NCBI GenBank assembly: GCA_965223415.1
Contig: OZ245002.1
Location: forward strand, 4,224,001 to 4,288,000
Length of the DNA stretch: 64,000 nucleotides
Origin: Myxococcota bacterium
GTDB taxonomy: Bacteria; Myxococcota_A; UBA9160; UBA6930
Direction: 5' to 3'
This document shows, piece by piece, positions 18,003 through 27,305 of this stretch; positions within the stretch are counted from its first letter, which is position 1; the number at the start of each line of letters is the position of its first letter. The position numbers and the translations under genes were made by a program. The notes beneath the pieces were generated by a model, which was not told the origin of the DNA, made no database searches, and saw nothing but the letters and a program-made list of their open reading frames with translations.

Positions 18003-19820
18003 TCAGCTGCCCGAGCGGTAGGCGCGGGCCTGGATCTCGTACAGCTCCGCGTAGGTGCCGCCGTGTGCCATCAGCTCCTCGTGGCTCCCCACCTCCACGA
18101 CCCGCGCGCCGTCCAGCACGACGATCCGGTCCGCCATGCGCACGGTGCTGAAGCGGTGGGAGACGAGCAGGGTGATGCGCCCGTCCGGGGCGAGCTGTTC
18201 GGAGGCGCCGTCCCCGGCGACCGCCGCGTAGCGTTCGAAGAGGGCGTGCTCGGTCTCGGCGTCGAGGGCGGCGGTGGGCTCGTCGAGGGCGAGCAGCAGG
18301 GGCCGGTCGCGCATGAAGCCGCGGGCCAGGGCGAGCTTCTGCCACTGGCCGAAGCTCACCTCGACGCCCTCGGGCCAGGTGGGGCCGAGCTGGGTGTCGA
18401 GGCCCGCGACGAGCTGCTCTACCACGTCGTCGGCGCCGGCCCGTCCGACGGCGGCGCCGACCGCCGGCCGCTCCTCGATGCGGGGGACGTCGCCGACGCC
18501 CACGGTCTGCAGGGCGCGGAACTCGAAGCGGAAGAAGTCCTGGAAGGCGCCGGCCAGGCGCGTCCTCCACGCCTCGGCGGGCATGCGTGCCAGGTCGGCT
18601 CCGTCCACCAGGATGCGTCCCTTCGAGGGCCGGTAGAGGCGGGCGAGCAGCTTCACCAGCGTGGTCTTGCCGGCGCCGTTCTCGCCCACGATGGCCACGA
18701 CCGTGCCCGCCGGCAGGTGCAGATCCACGTCCTCCAGGACGAAGCGATCGGTGCCCGGATAGGCGAAGGACACGCCCTTGAAGCGGATGCCGTCCTTCAG
18801 CGCTTCCGGGACCGGGACGTCCGCGTCCTCCTCCAGCCGGGCTGCGTAATCCTCGAGCCAGGCCATGCGCCGTGAGCCGTCCATCCAGATCCCGCGCAGG
18901 AAGCCGATCTCGCCGACGGTGGCGCCGATGTAGGCCGAGAGCCGCGAGCCGGCGGCGAGCACGAGCAGCACGTTGCCCGGGGTCTCTCCGAGGCCCGAGG
19001 AGACGAACACCACCGCGCCGACGAAGGCGGCGCCGAAGACCAGCCAGGCCAAGGCGTGCCAGACCGCGCTGCCCCAGCGCGCGCCGGCCACCGGGCCGTA
19101 CCAGCGCTCCCAGGCCTCCCGGCGGCGGAGGGCCAGGCGCTCGCCCAGGCCCGTCACCCGCACCTCCTTGCCCGGCGGCGCGGTGGTGGCGAGGTCGAAG
19201 AGGTGGCGCGCCAAACGGTTCGCCGGAGCGCCCCGCTCCTCGGCGGCGCGCTCCACGCCCGGGCGCCAGGTGGAGGTGAGCACGGTCGGCAGGGCGAAGG
19301 CCGCCAGCAGCACCAGCACCGGATGGATCGAGACCAGGAGCGCCACGGTCACGCCGAGCCGCAGGATCCAGCCGCCGGTGCTGAACAGCGACATGTACAT
19401 GTGGTCGAGGACGAAGACCTGGTCCCGCAGCACCGCCAGCCGGTCGAGATGCTCCGGGCGCTCGTGGTGCTCGATCGTCGACACCGAAGCCTGCAGGCGG
19501 GCCACGTGGGTCTCGAGGGCGATGGTCACCTGGTCGCGGAAGCGGCGCTGGGTGCGGTCGCTGATCACCCGCAGGAACCAGGTGGCGGCGGCCGACACAC
19601 CCAGGCCGACGGCGGCGACGCTGACGAGGGTGCCGTCGTCGCCCAGTACGCCGTCCGCCAGTAGCTTGAGCCACAGGGCGAGGAGCGCATCGGGCAGCGC
19701 CGCGAGGAGGGACAGACCGAAGGCCACGACGAGGAGCCTCGGCTCGGCCTCGTAGCCGCGCTTCAGCGCTCGCCACATCGAGGAGAGGGCCGGCGGCAGC
19801 TCGTCGTCAGTCGAGGACAT
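18003..19820 (-). CDS. ABC exporter half-transporter (TMD + ATPase)
   Basis: GENGAGKT, variant signature VSFGQ, LALDEPT, SHRFST. Confidence 0.92.
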   Translation of the reverse strand: MSSTDDELPPALSSMWRALKRGYEAEPRLLVVAFGLSLLAALPDALLALWLKLLADGVLGDDGTLVSVAAVGLGVSAAATWFLRVISDRTQRRFRDQVTIALETHVARLQASVSTIEHHERPEHLDRLAVLRDQVFVLDHMYMSLFSTGGWILRLGVTVALLVSIHPVLVLLAAFALPTVLTSTWRPGVERAAEERGAPANRLARHLFDLATTAPPGKEVRVTGLGERLALRRREAWERWYGPVAGARWGSAVWHALAWLVFGAAFVGAVVFVSSGLGETPGNVLLVLAAGSRLSAYIGATVGEIGFLRGIWMDGSRRMAWLEDYAARLEEDADVPVPEALKDGIRFKGVSFAYPGTDRFVLEDVDLHLPAGTVVAIVGENGAGKTTLVKLLARLYRPSKGRILVDGADLARMPAEAWRTRLAGAFQDFFRFEFRALQTVGVGDVPRIEERPAVGAAVGRAGADDVVEQLVAGLDTQLGPTWPEGVEVSFGQWQKLALARGFMRDRPLLLALDEPTAALDAETEHALFERYAAVAGDGASEQLAPDGRITLLVSHRFSTVRMADRIVVLDGARVVEVGSHEELMAHGGTYAELYEIQARAYRSGS

Positions 19821-21603
19821 CGAGCTCCTCTCCTTCCTCGTCTTCGCCGAAGCGCTGTGCCTGGAGCTCGAACATCGTGCAGTAGCGACCGCCCAGGGCC
19901 ATCAGCTCGTCGTGGCTGCCCAGCTCGACGACCTTGCCGTGCTCGAGCACACAGATGCGATCGGCGTGCCGTACGGTCGAGAAGCGGTGGGAGATCAGGA
20001 TCGTCGTCGTGTGCCGGGTGGCCGCGAGGATGCGCTCGAAGATCTCCGCCTCGCCGCGCACGTCGAGCTGGGCGGTCGGCTCGTCGAGGAGCACGAGCCC
20101 GGCGCCCTGGCGCACGGCGCAGAGCGTCCGGGCGAGGGCGATGCGCTGCCACTGCCCTCCGGAGAGGTCGGTGCCGCCCTCGTAGCCCCGCGCAAGGATG
20201 GTATCGAGATCGGCCAGGCTGCCGGCGCCGGCCTCGGCGAGGGCCGCACGCACGACCTCGTCGGGGGCGCCCGCCGGCGCGACGTTCTCGCGGAGCGACA
20301 GCTCGAAGCGGATGAAGTCCTGGAAGACCGCCGTGACCCGCAAGCGCCAGCTCTCGATGTCGAGGGTCGTGAGGTCGAGGCCGTCCACCTCGATCGCGCC
20401 GGACTGGGGCTCGTAGAGCCGGCAGAGGAGCTTCGCGAGGGTCGTCTTGCCCGCGCCGTTCTGGCCGACGATGGCGAGGGACGAGCCCGCTGGGATCGTG
20501 AGGTCGAAGCCCGCGAGGACGGGCTCGCCGGTGGCCGGGTAGGCGAAGCTGACGTCCCGGAAGCGGATCTCCCGGGCGGGCAGGCCCTCGGCGGAAGCCT
20601 CGCCGCGGGTGAGCGCACCACCCCGGGCCATGCTCTCCCGGAGCCGCACGACGGCGGCGGCCGGCGCGGCGGCCCCGTCCAGGGCCCAGGAGAGGCCGCC
20701 GAACGCGATCATGCTGGTGCTGATGGCGGCGCTGGCGAAGGTGACGAGACGGTCCAGGGCAAGCGCGCCGTCGGACGCGGCTGCGGCCATCGAAGCGAAC
20801 ACGATCAGGTTGGCGCCGAGCACGAGCAGCAGGCTCCACACGACCGGCCGCTCGCGAAGCCGCGTGGCCTCCCAGCGCAGGTCATGGAGCTGGCGCCGCC
20901 GCGCGCGGAACCGCTCGACGGTCCAGCCCGCCAGGCCGAACAGCCGCAGCTCCTTCGCCGCGGGCGGCTCGACCGCGAGCCTGTAGGTGTAGTCGGCGTG
21001 GCGCTGGGCCTCGCGCACCTCGTCGGTGTTGCGGTCCCTCCACACGGCGCTCTCGCGCAGCAGCCAGTGGGTCGCCAGCCAGGCGCCGCCGAGCACGAGG
21101 GGCGCCCACCAGGCGTAGGCCGCCAGCACCGCGGCGGAGGCGAGCCCGCCCACCATCTCGACCAGGCCCGAGGCGATGAAGTCCATGGAGATGTTGAGCG
21201 GGGGGCCGCTGATGCCGAGATCGAAGTCGCGGCCCATGGTGAGATCGTTCGTGAGCTCGGGATTCTCCAGGTGGCCCATGCCCGGCGGGCCGACACAGGC
21301 TCGCGAGAGCTGGTCGTAGAGCCAGGCGGCAGTTCGGCTTCCGAGGTTGGCGGAGAGCGCCTGGTGCAGGGGGGCGAGCACCTGGAGCAGGACGAACACC
21401 ACGCCCACGAGGGCGAGGGGCGCAGCCAGGCTCTCTTCCCGCTCGACCGCGCCGATCAGCCCGCCCATGGCGATGGCGAAGAAGGCGGGCAGCAGGCCGC
21501 GGAGAACCAGGACCGTCCACCAGCCGAAGGCGAGGGCGCGGTCCGCCGAGGGCAGCAGGGCGAAGAAGCCCCATTCGTCGCTCGCCCTCAGGCGCCCGAT
21601 CAC
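19807..21603 (-). CDS. ABC exporter half-transporter (TMD + ATPase)
   Basis: GQNGAGKT, LSGGQ, LLDEPT; GTG start with GGAGGAGG RBS. Confidence 0.92.
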   Translation of the reverse strand: MIGRLRASDEWGFFALLPSADRALAFGWWTVLVLRGLLPAFFAIAMGGLIGAVEREESLAAPLALVGVVFVLLQVLAPLHQALSANLGSRTAAWLYDQLSRACVGPPGMGHLENPELTNDLTMGRDFDLGISGPPLNISMDFIASGLVEMVGGLASAAVLAAYAWWAPLVLGGAWLATHWLLRESAVWRDRNTDEVREAQRHADYTYRLAVEPPAAKELRLFGLAGWTVERFRARRRQLHDLRWEATRLRERPVVWSLLLVLGANLIVFASMAAAASDGALALDRLVTFASAAISTSMIAFGGLSWALDGAAAPAAAVVRLRESMARGGALTRGEASAEGLPAREIRFRDVSFAYPATGEPVLAGFDLTIPAGSSLAIVGQNGAGKTTLAKLLCRLYEPQSGAIEVDGLDLTTLDIESWRLRVTAVFQDFIRFELSLRENVAPAGAPDEVVRAALAEAGAGSLADLDTILARGYEGGTDLSGGQWQRIALARTLCAVRQGAGLVLLDEPTAQLDVRGEAEIFERILAATRHTTTILISHRFSTVRHADRICVLEHGKVVELGSHDELMALGGRYCTMFELQAQRFGEDEEGEELDVLD

Positions 21604-21705
21604 CGCTGCGGCCTCCTCCCCTTTCCGATTCGCGCCAGGGCGAGCCGGAGGCCCATTAGGCCACAGCTCCGGGCCCGGGTCCATACCGGTTCCTATGCTG
21701 CGGCC

Positions 21706-21963
21706 ATGGCTGCACGCCTCGCTCACGTGTTCGTTCTCGGGCTCGTCGCCGCGACCCTCGGCTGCGCATCCACGGTTCCGCTCGAGCAGCATCAGGCCCT
21801 GGAGGCGCGGCTGGGCGAGCTCCAGGAGGGGCAGGAGCTGCTCCGCGGCGAGCTCGGCGAGCTGGAGGAGCGCAACGAGCAGCTCACGGCGATGGTCGCG
21901 GCCCAGCGGATGATCATCCGCGACCTCCGCTGCCGCCCTCAGCTCACGATCGAGGCCGAGTAG
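21706..21963 (+). CDS. Small coiled-coil lipoprotein
   Basis: Signal peptide ending TLGC lipobox, heptad Leu/Glu repeat; TATGCT box 6 nt upstream. Confidence 0.65.
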   Translation: MAARLAHVFVLGLVAATLGCASTVPLEQHQALEARLGELQEGQELLRGELGELEERNEQLTAMVAAQRMIIRDLRCRPQLTIEAE

Positions 21964-22756
21964 CGGGGTCGGGCCGGCCGGGCTCCAGGTGGACGCGCTG
22001 GACCCGCATCATGCGGGGCTCGCGGCCGGCGTTGTCCGAGGTGGCGTGGAGGATCCACGGGTGACACAAGATCACGTCCCCCGCCTCGGCGCACAGCTCG
22101 GCGACCCGGACCGGGAGGCCGCCGATGACGCGCTCGCTCCCGAGGAAGCGCCCCACGCGATCGTCGCCGTCGCTCTCGGTGGAGAGCGCCCGCAGCCATG
22201 GATCGCTCGCGAGGAAGGCGAGCCGGGTCACCTTCATCTTTTCGCCGGGCCGCGGCGCGCGCCGCTCGAGGAAGCGCTCCATCAGGCGGTGGGAGCCCTC
22301 GACCACCAGCGTGCCTCCTCCTCGCGGCGGGACGTCGGCCAGGAAGCTGAAGAGCAGGGTGCCGGCCAGCGGGCGCTGGGGGAGCTGGAAGCCGAAGTCG
22401 GTGTGCCAGACCCGATGGGGAACGTCCCAGCCGCCCTCGGAGGCGGACGGAAACGAGATCAGGAACTGGCCCCAATCCCTGGGCACGTGCCAGCGGCCGG
22501 CGCCGAGGAGCTGGTCGAGGCTCGTGACCAGGCGCTCGCCGCCGATCGGATCGAAGACGGCCTGTCGCTTCAGATCCTGCATCTTCCACACCGCACCGGG
22601 CGTCCAGGTGTCCGGTGCGTCGCGCAGGACGCCCCGTCGGCCGAGGGTCTTCCACACCCGCTCCTCCATGGCCCGGGCTTCCCCCTTCGAGAAGACGCCG
22701 GAGAGGCGGACGAATCCGCGCTCCTCGAAGGCCTGGCACTGCTCCCGGCTCAGCAT
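21944..22756 (-). CDS. Phytanoyl-CoA dioxygenase (PhyH) family protein
   Basis: FEERGFV, WHTD, GGGTLVVEGSH, AGDVILCHPWILH. Confidence 0.88.
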   Translation of the reverse strand: MLSREQCQAFEERGFVRLSGVFSKGEARAMEERVWKTLGRRGVLRDAPDTWTPGAVWKMQDLKRQAVFDPIGGERLVTSLDQLLGAGRWHVPRDWGQFLISFPSASEGGWDVPHRVWHTDFGFQLPQRPLAGTLLFSFLADVPPRGGGTLVVEGSHRLMERFLERRAPRPGEKMKVTRLAFLASDPWLRALSTESDGDDRVGRFLGSERVIGGLPVRVAELCAEAGDVILCHPWILHATSDNAGREPRMMRVQRVHLEPGRPDPATRPRS

Positions 22757-22844
22757 CCGGGGGAGATACCGAAAGGCCCGCCGGTTTGCAGGAGGGCTTC
22801 GCGCGGGCCTACCCTGGCCGCGTCGGGGGACGAGGAGCACGCTC

Positions 22845-24422
22845 ATGAGGTTGCCGCTGCACGCGATCGCCGTTTTCTCCCTGCTGGCCGTTCCGGTCCT
22901 CCTGGGCTTCCAATGTACGCAGCTCGAGCCGGGCCTTCGCGCCGGCACCTGCCTGCGCGACATCACGCCGGTCACGCCCTCCCTGGCGCCTGCCTACCAA
23001 GCCGCGTTCGGGCACGCGGCCCCGGTGAACCACACGGACCCGGTCTACCTGGCCGGCTTCGGCGGCGACCGCCGGGCCACCGGCTACCACGACCGGCTGT
23101 GGGCCCGGGGCGTCGTGCTCGACGGGCCCGGCGGGCGCATCGCCGTCGTCGCCCTGGACCTGGTCGGCTACTTCTCGGCCGAGGTCGAGACGATCCGGGG
23201 GCTCGTCGCCCCCGAGTCCGCCGTCGACTACCTGGTCGTTCACAGCACCCACCAGCACGAGGGTCCGGACACCCTGGGCATCTGGGGGCCCACGCCGCTC
23301 ACCAGCGGCATCGACATGGGCTACCTGGACTTCGTGAACGACGCGGTGGCGAGCTGCGTCGACGAAGCGGTGGCGAACCTCGAGGTGGCGCGGGTCCGCT
23401 ACGCCACCGCCCACGGCGAGGGGCTCTCGCTCGGCGTCGACGCCGAGGACGACGGGCTCGGCGTCGCTGACGGCAAGGTGCTGGCCGGCGACGACCTGCT
23501 CGCCCCGGCCACCGGCGGCCGCATCGTCGATCCGCGCATCGCGGTGATGCACGTGCGCGAGCGCTCCCATCCTTTCGAGACCCTCGCGACCCTCGTCAAC
23601 TTCGCGAGCCACCCGGAGAGCCTCGGCAGCAACAACACACTCGTCACCTCGGACTTCCCGCACTACGTGCGGGAGCGCATCGAGAGCCAGCTCGGCGGCC
23701 TGGCGATCTGGGTGAGCGGCGATCTCGGCGTGCTCCAGGGCCCCCTCGACATCGACGTGCTCGATCCCGCCACCGGCCTCCCGGCGCCGCGTCGCACTTT
23801 CCGCTTCGCCGAGGTCCACGGCGCACAGATCGCCGACCGCGTGGTCGCCCATCTCGACGTTCTCACGCCGGCGGGGGACGCCACGCCGGACATCGCTTTC
23901 GGCACGGTGCGTCCCGTGGCGGTGCCGCTCGCGAACCCCTTCTTCCGCTTCTTCATCGCCGGCGGCGTGCTGAACACCCGGGGCGCGACCCTGTTCACGA
24001 ACGGCGTGCCCGATCCGGCCCTGGGCCAGCCCTTCCCGCCGCCCTTCCAGTGGATCCCCCAGGCCCTCGGCGAGGACGTTCACACCGAGGTCGGCGCCTT
24101 CCGCGTGGGTGAGGCCAGCTTCGGGGTGGTGCCGACGGAGCTCGATCCCCAGATCGGCGAGGCCTACCGGGCCGAGATGCAGGGCGCCGCCCATACCTTC
24201 CTCATCGGCCTGGGCAACGACGAGATCGGATACCAGGTGCCCGTGGCGAAGTTCGACTCGAGCTGTCAAGTGTGCGCGCCCTACGCCCTGGCCAACGTGA
24301 TCGACCAGTGCCCCCTGTACCCGAACATCGATTGCAGCACGGTCTTCCAGAACAACGTCGGGCCGGGCGTGGATCCGGCGGTGTCGGCGGAGATGATCCC
24401 CCTGTTGCAGCAGCTCCACTGA
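22845..24422 (+). CDS. Secreted neutral/alkaline ceramidase-like protein
   Basis: Signal peptide, LAGFG, HDRLWAR, STHQHEGPD, NFASHPE, GLGNDEIGY. Confidence 0.75.
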   Translation: MRLPLHAIAVFSLLAVPVLLGFQCTQLEPGLRAGTCLRDITPVTPSLAPAYQAAFGHAAPVNHTDPVYLAGFGGDRRATGYHDRLWARGVVLDGPGGRIAVVALDLVGYFSAEVETIRGLVAPESAVDYLVVHSTHQHEGPDTLGIWGPTPLTSGIDMGYLDFVNDAVASCVDEAVANLEVARVRYATAHGEGLSLGVDAEDDGLGVADGKVLAGDDLLAPATGGRIVDPRIAVMHVRERSHPFETLATLVNFASHPESLGSNNTLVTSDFPHYVRERIESQLGGLAIWVSGDLGVLQGPLDIDVLDPATGLPAPRRTFRFAEVHGAQIADRVVAHLDVLTPAGDATPDIAFGTVRPVAVPLANPFFRFFIAGGVLNTRGATLFTNGVPDPALGQPFPPPFQWIPQALGEDVHTEVGAFRVGEASFGVVPTELDPQIGEAYRAEMQGAAHTFLIGLGNDEIGYQVPVAKFDSSCQVCAPYALANVIDQCPLYPNIDCSTVFQNNVGPGVDPAVSAEMIPLLQQLH

Positions 24423-25483
24423 GGCTCCGTTGCGCGCTGGCCGCGGCGCTCTGGGCGCTGGCGGCGGGGCCCGCCCTGGCCCATGTGGTGCTCGGCCGCG
24501 CGAGCCTGCGAGAGCATGTGGCTTTCGCGGAGGCGGTCGTGCTCGGACGGGTCGTCGAAGCGGAGGTGCGGGTGGGGCCGCCGGACCGGCGGCGCCCGGC
24601 GGTCACCGTGGTGGTCACCGAGGTCCTGAAGGGTTCGCTCTCGCCCGGGCCGCTGCGCTTCCTCCAGCACGGGCACGGCGTTGCGACCTTTCGAACGGGG
24701 GAAGAGGTGCTGCTCTTCCTGAGGCGGACGGAGAACGTCGCCGAGCTGGCGGATCCGCGCCTTGCGGAGGCGGCGCCCTGGACGTCGCTCCAGGAGCACG
24801 ACGATCGCTTTCCCCTGAACGGCGCTCACCGGCAGCCCACGCTCGCGGCGGCGCGACGCTATGTGGCGCTGGCACGGCTCCCCCGCGACGACCAGGCGGA
24901 CGCGCTTCGCGCCCTCACCGTCGACCTGCTGCTCGGGGTGGACACCCGACTCGCCGAGCTCGCGCTCCCGGACCTGGCGGTCTCCGCGGTGGTCCCGAAG
25001 CTGACGGACGAGGACGTGACGCGCCTCGCGCGCCGTATCGACGACGCGGGCGCGTCGATCGGGCTGCGCGTCGGTCTGCTCGTGGAGCTCTCGCGCCGGG
25101 GCCACCTCGAGGCCGGGCCGCGCTGGGTGCGTCTCCTGCAAGCGACCGAGGGGGGCGATCTGGTGGCCGCCTGCCGCGCTGCCGGGCGACATCCGAGCCC
25201 GCCCGTGACCGCCGAGCTGATCCGCATCCTGCAGGGCGGTGGCGCTGCCGCGCCGGCCGCCGCCCGCGCCCTGGGCGGGCCGGCCCATCGCTCCGCCGTC
25301 ACGGCCCTCGCCGCCGCCCTGGACGCCGACGACCCCTCCCTCCGGCACGCCGCCATCCGTGCCCTCGGCCAGATCGGCGACCGCTCCGCGCGCGCTCCGC
25401 TCGAGCGTGCAGCCGCCTCCCACCCCGACCTGGCCACCCGCCGCCGCGCGCGCGCCGAGCTCACCGCCCGCTTCGCCCCCTGA
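24419..25483 (+). CDS. Exported HEAT-repeat protein (start uncertain)
   Basis: Signal-like N-terminus (ALWALAAGPALA), C-terminal HEAT repeats (LRHAAIRALGQIGD). Confidence 0.65.
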   Translation: MRLRCALAAALWALAAGPALAHVVLGRASLREHVAFAEAVVLGRVVEAEVRVGPPDRRRPAVTVVVTEVLKGSLSPGPLRFLQHGHGVATFRTGEEVLLFLRRTENVAELADPRLAEAAPWTSLQEHDDRFPLNGAHRQPTLAAARRYVALARLPRDDQADALRALTVDLLLGVDTRLAELALPDLAVSAVVPKLTDEDVTRLARRIDDAGASIGLRVGLLVELSRRGHLEAGPRWVRLLQATEGGDLVAACRAAGRHPSPPVTAELIRILQGGGAAAPAAARALGGPAHRSAVTALAAALDADDPSLRHAAIRALGQIGDRSARAPLERAAASHPDLATRRRARAELTARFAP

Positions 25484-25516
25484 ACGCAACGCCGGGGACG
25501 TTCCTTGCATCTTGCG
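25481..25516. repeat. Degenerate half-copy of the 53.6 kb palindromic element
   Basis: TGAACGCAA...GGGGACGTTCCTTGCA.CTTGCG shared with 53603-53638. Confidence 0.75.
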
Positions 25517-25659
25517 AACTCCCGCAACGCGGGAGGAACGGAACCTGCAACGGGTGGGGTTCAGGCACGCGGAAGCGCCTCGAAAGGCCGGTTCCGCGGC
25601 ATGGCGCCCCACAGCGGGGCGGATGCGGACAAGCCCCAGCCCGTGACGAGGAGGATGTC

Positions 25660-26055
25660 ATGGCAGCTCGCAAGACCGCTCGAAAGAAGGCGGCTCGGAA
25701 GAAGGCGACGCGGCGGAAGGCGCCCGCGCGCAAGAAGACGGCGCGCAAGAAGACGACGAGGAAGAAGGCGACCCGGAAGAAGGCCGCGGCGAAGAGCGCG
25801 TTCGCGGAGGAGCTCCCGAAGTCGCTCAAGCAGTTCCGCCGGGCAGTGGAGCGAGAGCTCACGGCCGTGGAGCGGCAGGTGGAGACGGCCGGGCGCGATG
25901 CGCGCCGGCGACTCACGCGCCTCGTTCGCGACGCGGCTCGGCACCTGGGCCAGCTGGAGGCGAGCGGCGAGCGCCAGTGGCGCAAGCTCACCCGCGCCGC
26001 CCGCAGCGACGCCCAACGCATGTACAAGAGGCTCCAGAACGCCTCCAAGCGCTGA
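25660..26055 (+). CDS. Histone H1-like Lys/Arg/Ala-rich protein with amphipathic helical C-terminal domain
   Basis: Repeated RKK units (ARKK, TRKK); GAGGAGG RBS. Confidence 0.8.
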   Translation: MAARKTARKKAARKKATRRKAPARKKTARKKTTRKKATRKKAAAKSAFAEELPKSLKQFRRAVERELTAVERQVETAGRDARRRLTRLVRDAARHLGQLEASGERQWRKLTRAARSDAQRMYKRLQNASKR

Positions 26056-26082
26056 CCGAGCGAACGAAGCTAGCCTCTCGGC

Positions 26083-27297
26083 GTGGAGATCTGGAAGACG
26101 GCCTGGCGGAACGTGCTGCGCAGCCGGCGCCGCACCTTCGTCACCGTGTCGGCGATGACCTTCGCCCTGTGGGTGATGATCCTCTACTCGGGGCTTGTCG
26201 CCGGCTACCTGCGCGACATGGAGCAGAGCATCCTCGACCTCGAGCTCGGGGACATGCAGATCCATGCCGCCGAGTACCGGGACGATCCTTCTCTCTACGC
26301 GCGAATCGATGATCCGGATGCCCTGGTCGGGGCCCTGCGCGAGCGGGGCTACCGGGCCACGCCGCGGTTGCTCGCCTGGGGCATGGCGGCGGCGGAGGAG
26401 TCCAGCGCCGGCGTCGCCTTCCGCGGGGTCGAGGTGAGCCGGGACGCCGAGGTGAGCCGCATCCACGAGCACGTGCTGGCGGGCACCTGGCTCGACCCCC
26501 AGGAGCCCAAGGGCGTCGTGCTGGGCCGCCGCCTGGCCCGCATGCTCGGCGTCGAGCCCGGCTCCGAGCTTGTTGTGCTGAGCCAGGGAGCGGACGGGGC
26601 CACCGCCGCCGATCTCTACCAGGTGCGCGGCGTCCTTCAGAGCGTCGGCGACGCCACCGATCGCGCGGGGGTCTTCATGACCGCCGGCGCGTTTCGCGAG
26701 CTCTTCGTGGTGCCGGCCGGCGCCCACCAGATCGTCGTGCGCCGCCCCACCGAAACCGAGCTCGCCGTGGCGGCGGACACGGTCGGCGAGCTCGCACCGG
26801 ACCTCGACGTGCAGACCTGGCGCGACCTGATGCCCACCCTGGCCTCGCTCCTCGACTCCGCCCGCAGCGCGATGCTGGCGATGTTCTTCATCGTCTACCT
26901 CGCCATCGCGGTCCTGATCCTGAACGCGATGCTGATGGCGGTGTTCGAGCGCATCCGCGAGCTCGGCGTGTTGAAGGCGCTGGGGGTGGGGCCACTCGGG
27001 ATCCTCGGGCTGATGCTCGCGGAGGCGGGCATCCTGACGGGTCTCGCCGTCGCCGCCGGCGTCGCGCTCGGCGTCCCGACCCTCTGGTACCTCTCCGTCC
27101 ACGGCATCGAGCTGACGACCGTCGCCGGCATGTCGATCATGGGCATCGCCATGGATCCGGTGTGGCGCGCGGACATGAGCGCGCCGACGGTGCTCGCGCC
27201 GGTGGGAGCCCTCGTCGCCATCGTGACCGTGGCCGTGATCTATCCTTCGCTGAAGGCGGCGCTGATCGATCCGGTGCGGGCCATCTACCACCGGTAG
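26083..27297 (+). CDS. ABC transporter permease (LolC/E, FtsX-like)
   Basis: AWRNVLRSRRRT, MAVFERIRELGVLKALG, final IDPVRAI. Confidence 0.9.
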   Translation: MEIWKTAWRNVLRSRRRTFVTVSAMTFALWVMILYSGLVAGYLRDMEQSILDLELGDMQIHAAEYRDDPSLYARIDDPDALVGALRERGYRATPRLLAWGMAAAEESSAGVAFRGVEVSRDAEVSRIHEHVLAGTWLDPQEPKGVVLGRRLARMLGVEPGSELVVLSQGADGATAADLYQVRGVLQSVGDATDRAGVFMTAGAFRELFVVPAGAHQIVVRRPTETELAVAADTVGELAPDLDVQTWRDLMPTLASLLDSARSAMLAMFFIVYLAIAVLILNAMLMAVFERIRELGVLKALGVGPLGILGLMLAEAGILTGLAVAAGVALGVPTLWYLSVHGIELTTVAGMSIMGIAMDPVWRADMSAPTVLAPVGALVAIVTVAVIYPSLKAALIDPVRAIYHR

Positions 27298-27305
27298 GAG
27301 CTCCC

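Noticed and set aside
16126..19776. 1216-aa minus-strand ORF, and similarly 35174-38557 and 10179-12827
   Set aside because: Alternative-frame or antisense shadows of motif-bearing genes; no motifs of their own
25670..25800. Short tandem nucleotide repeats as a CRISPR or VNTR
   Set aside because: They are the codons of the RKK repeats of the histone-like protein; no repeat-spacer structure
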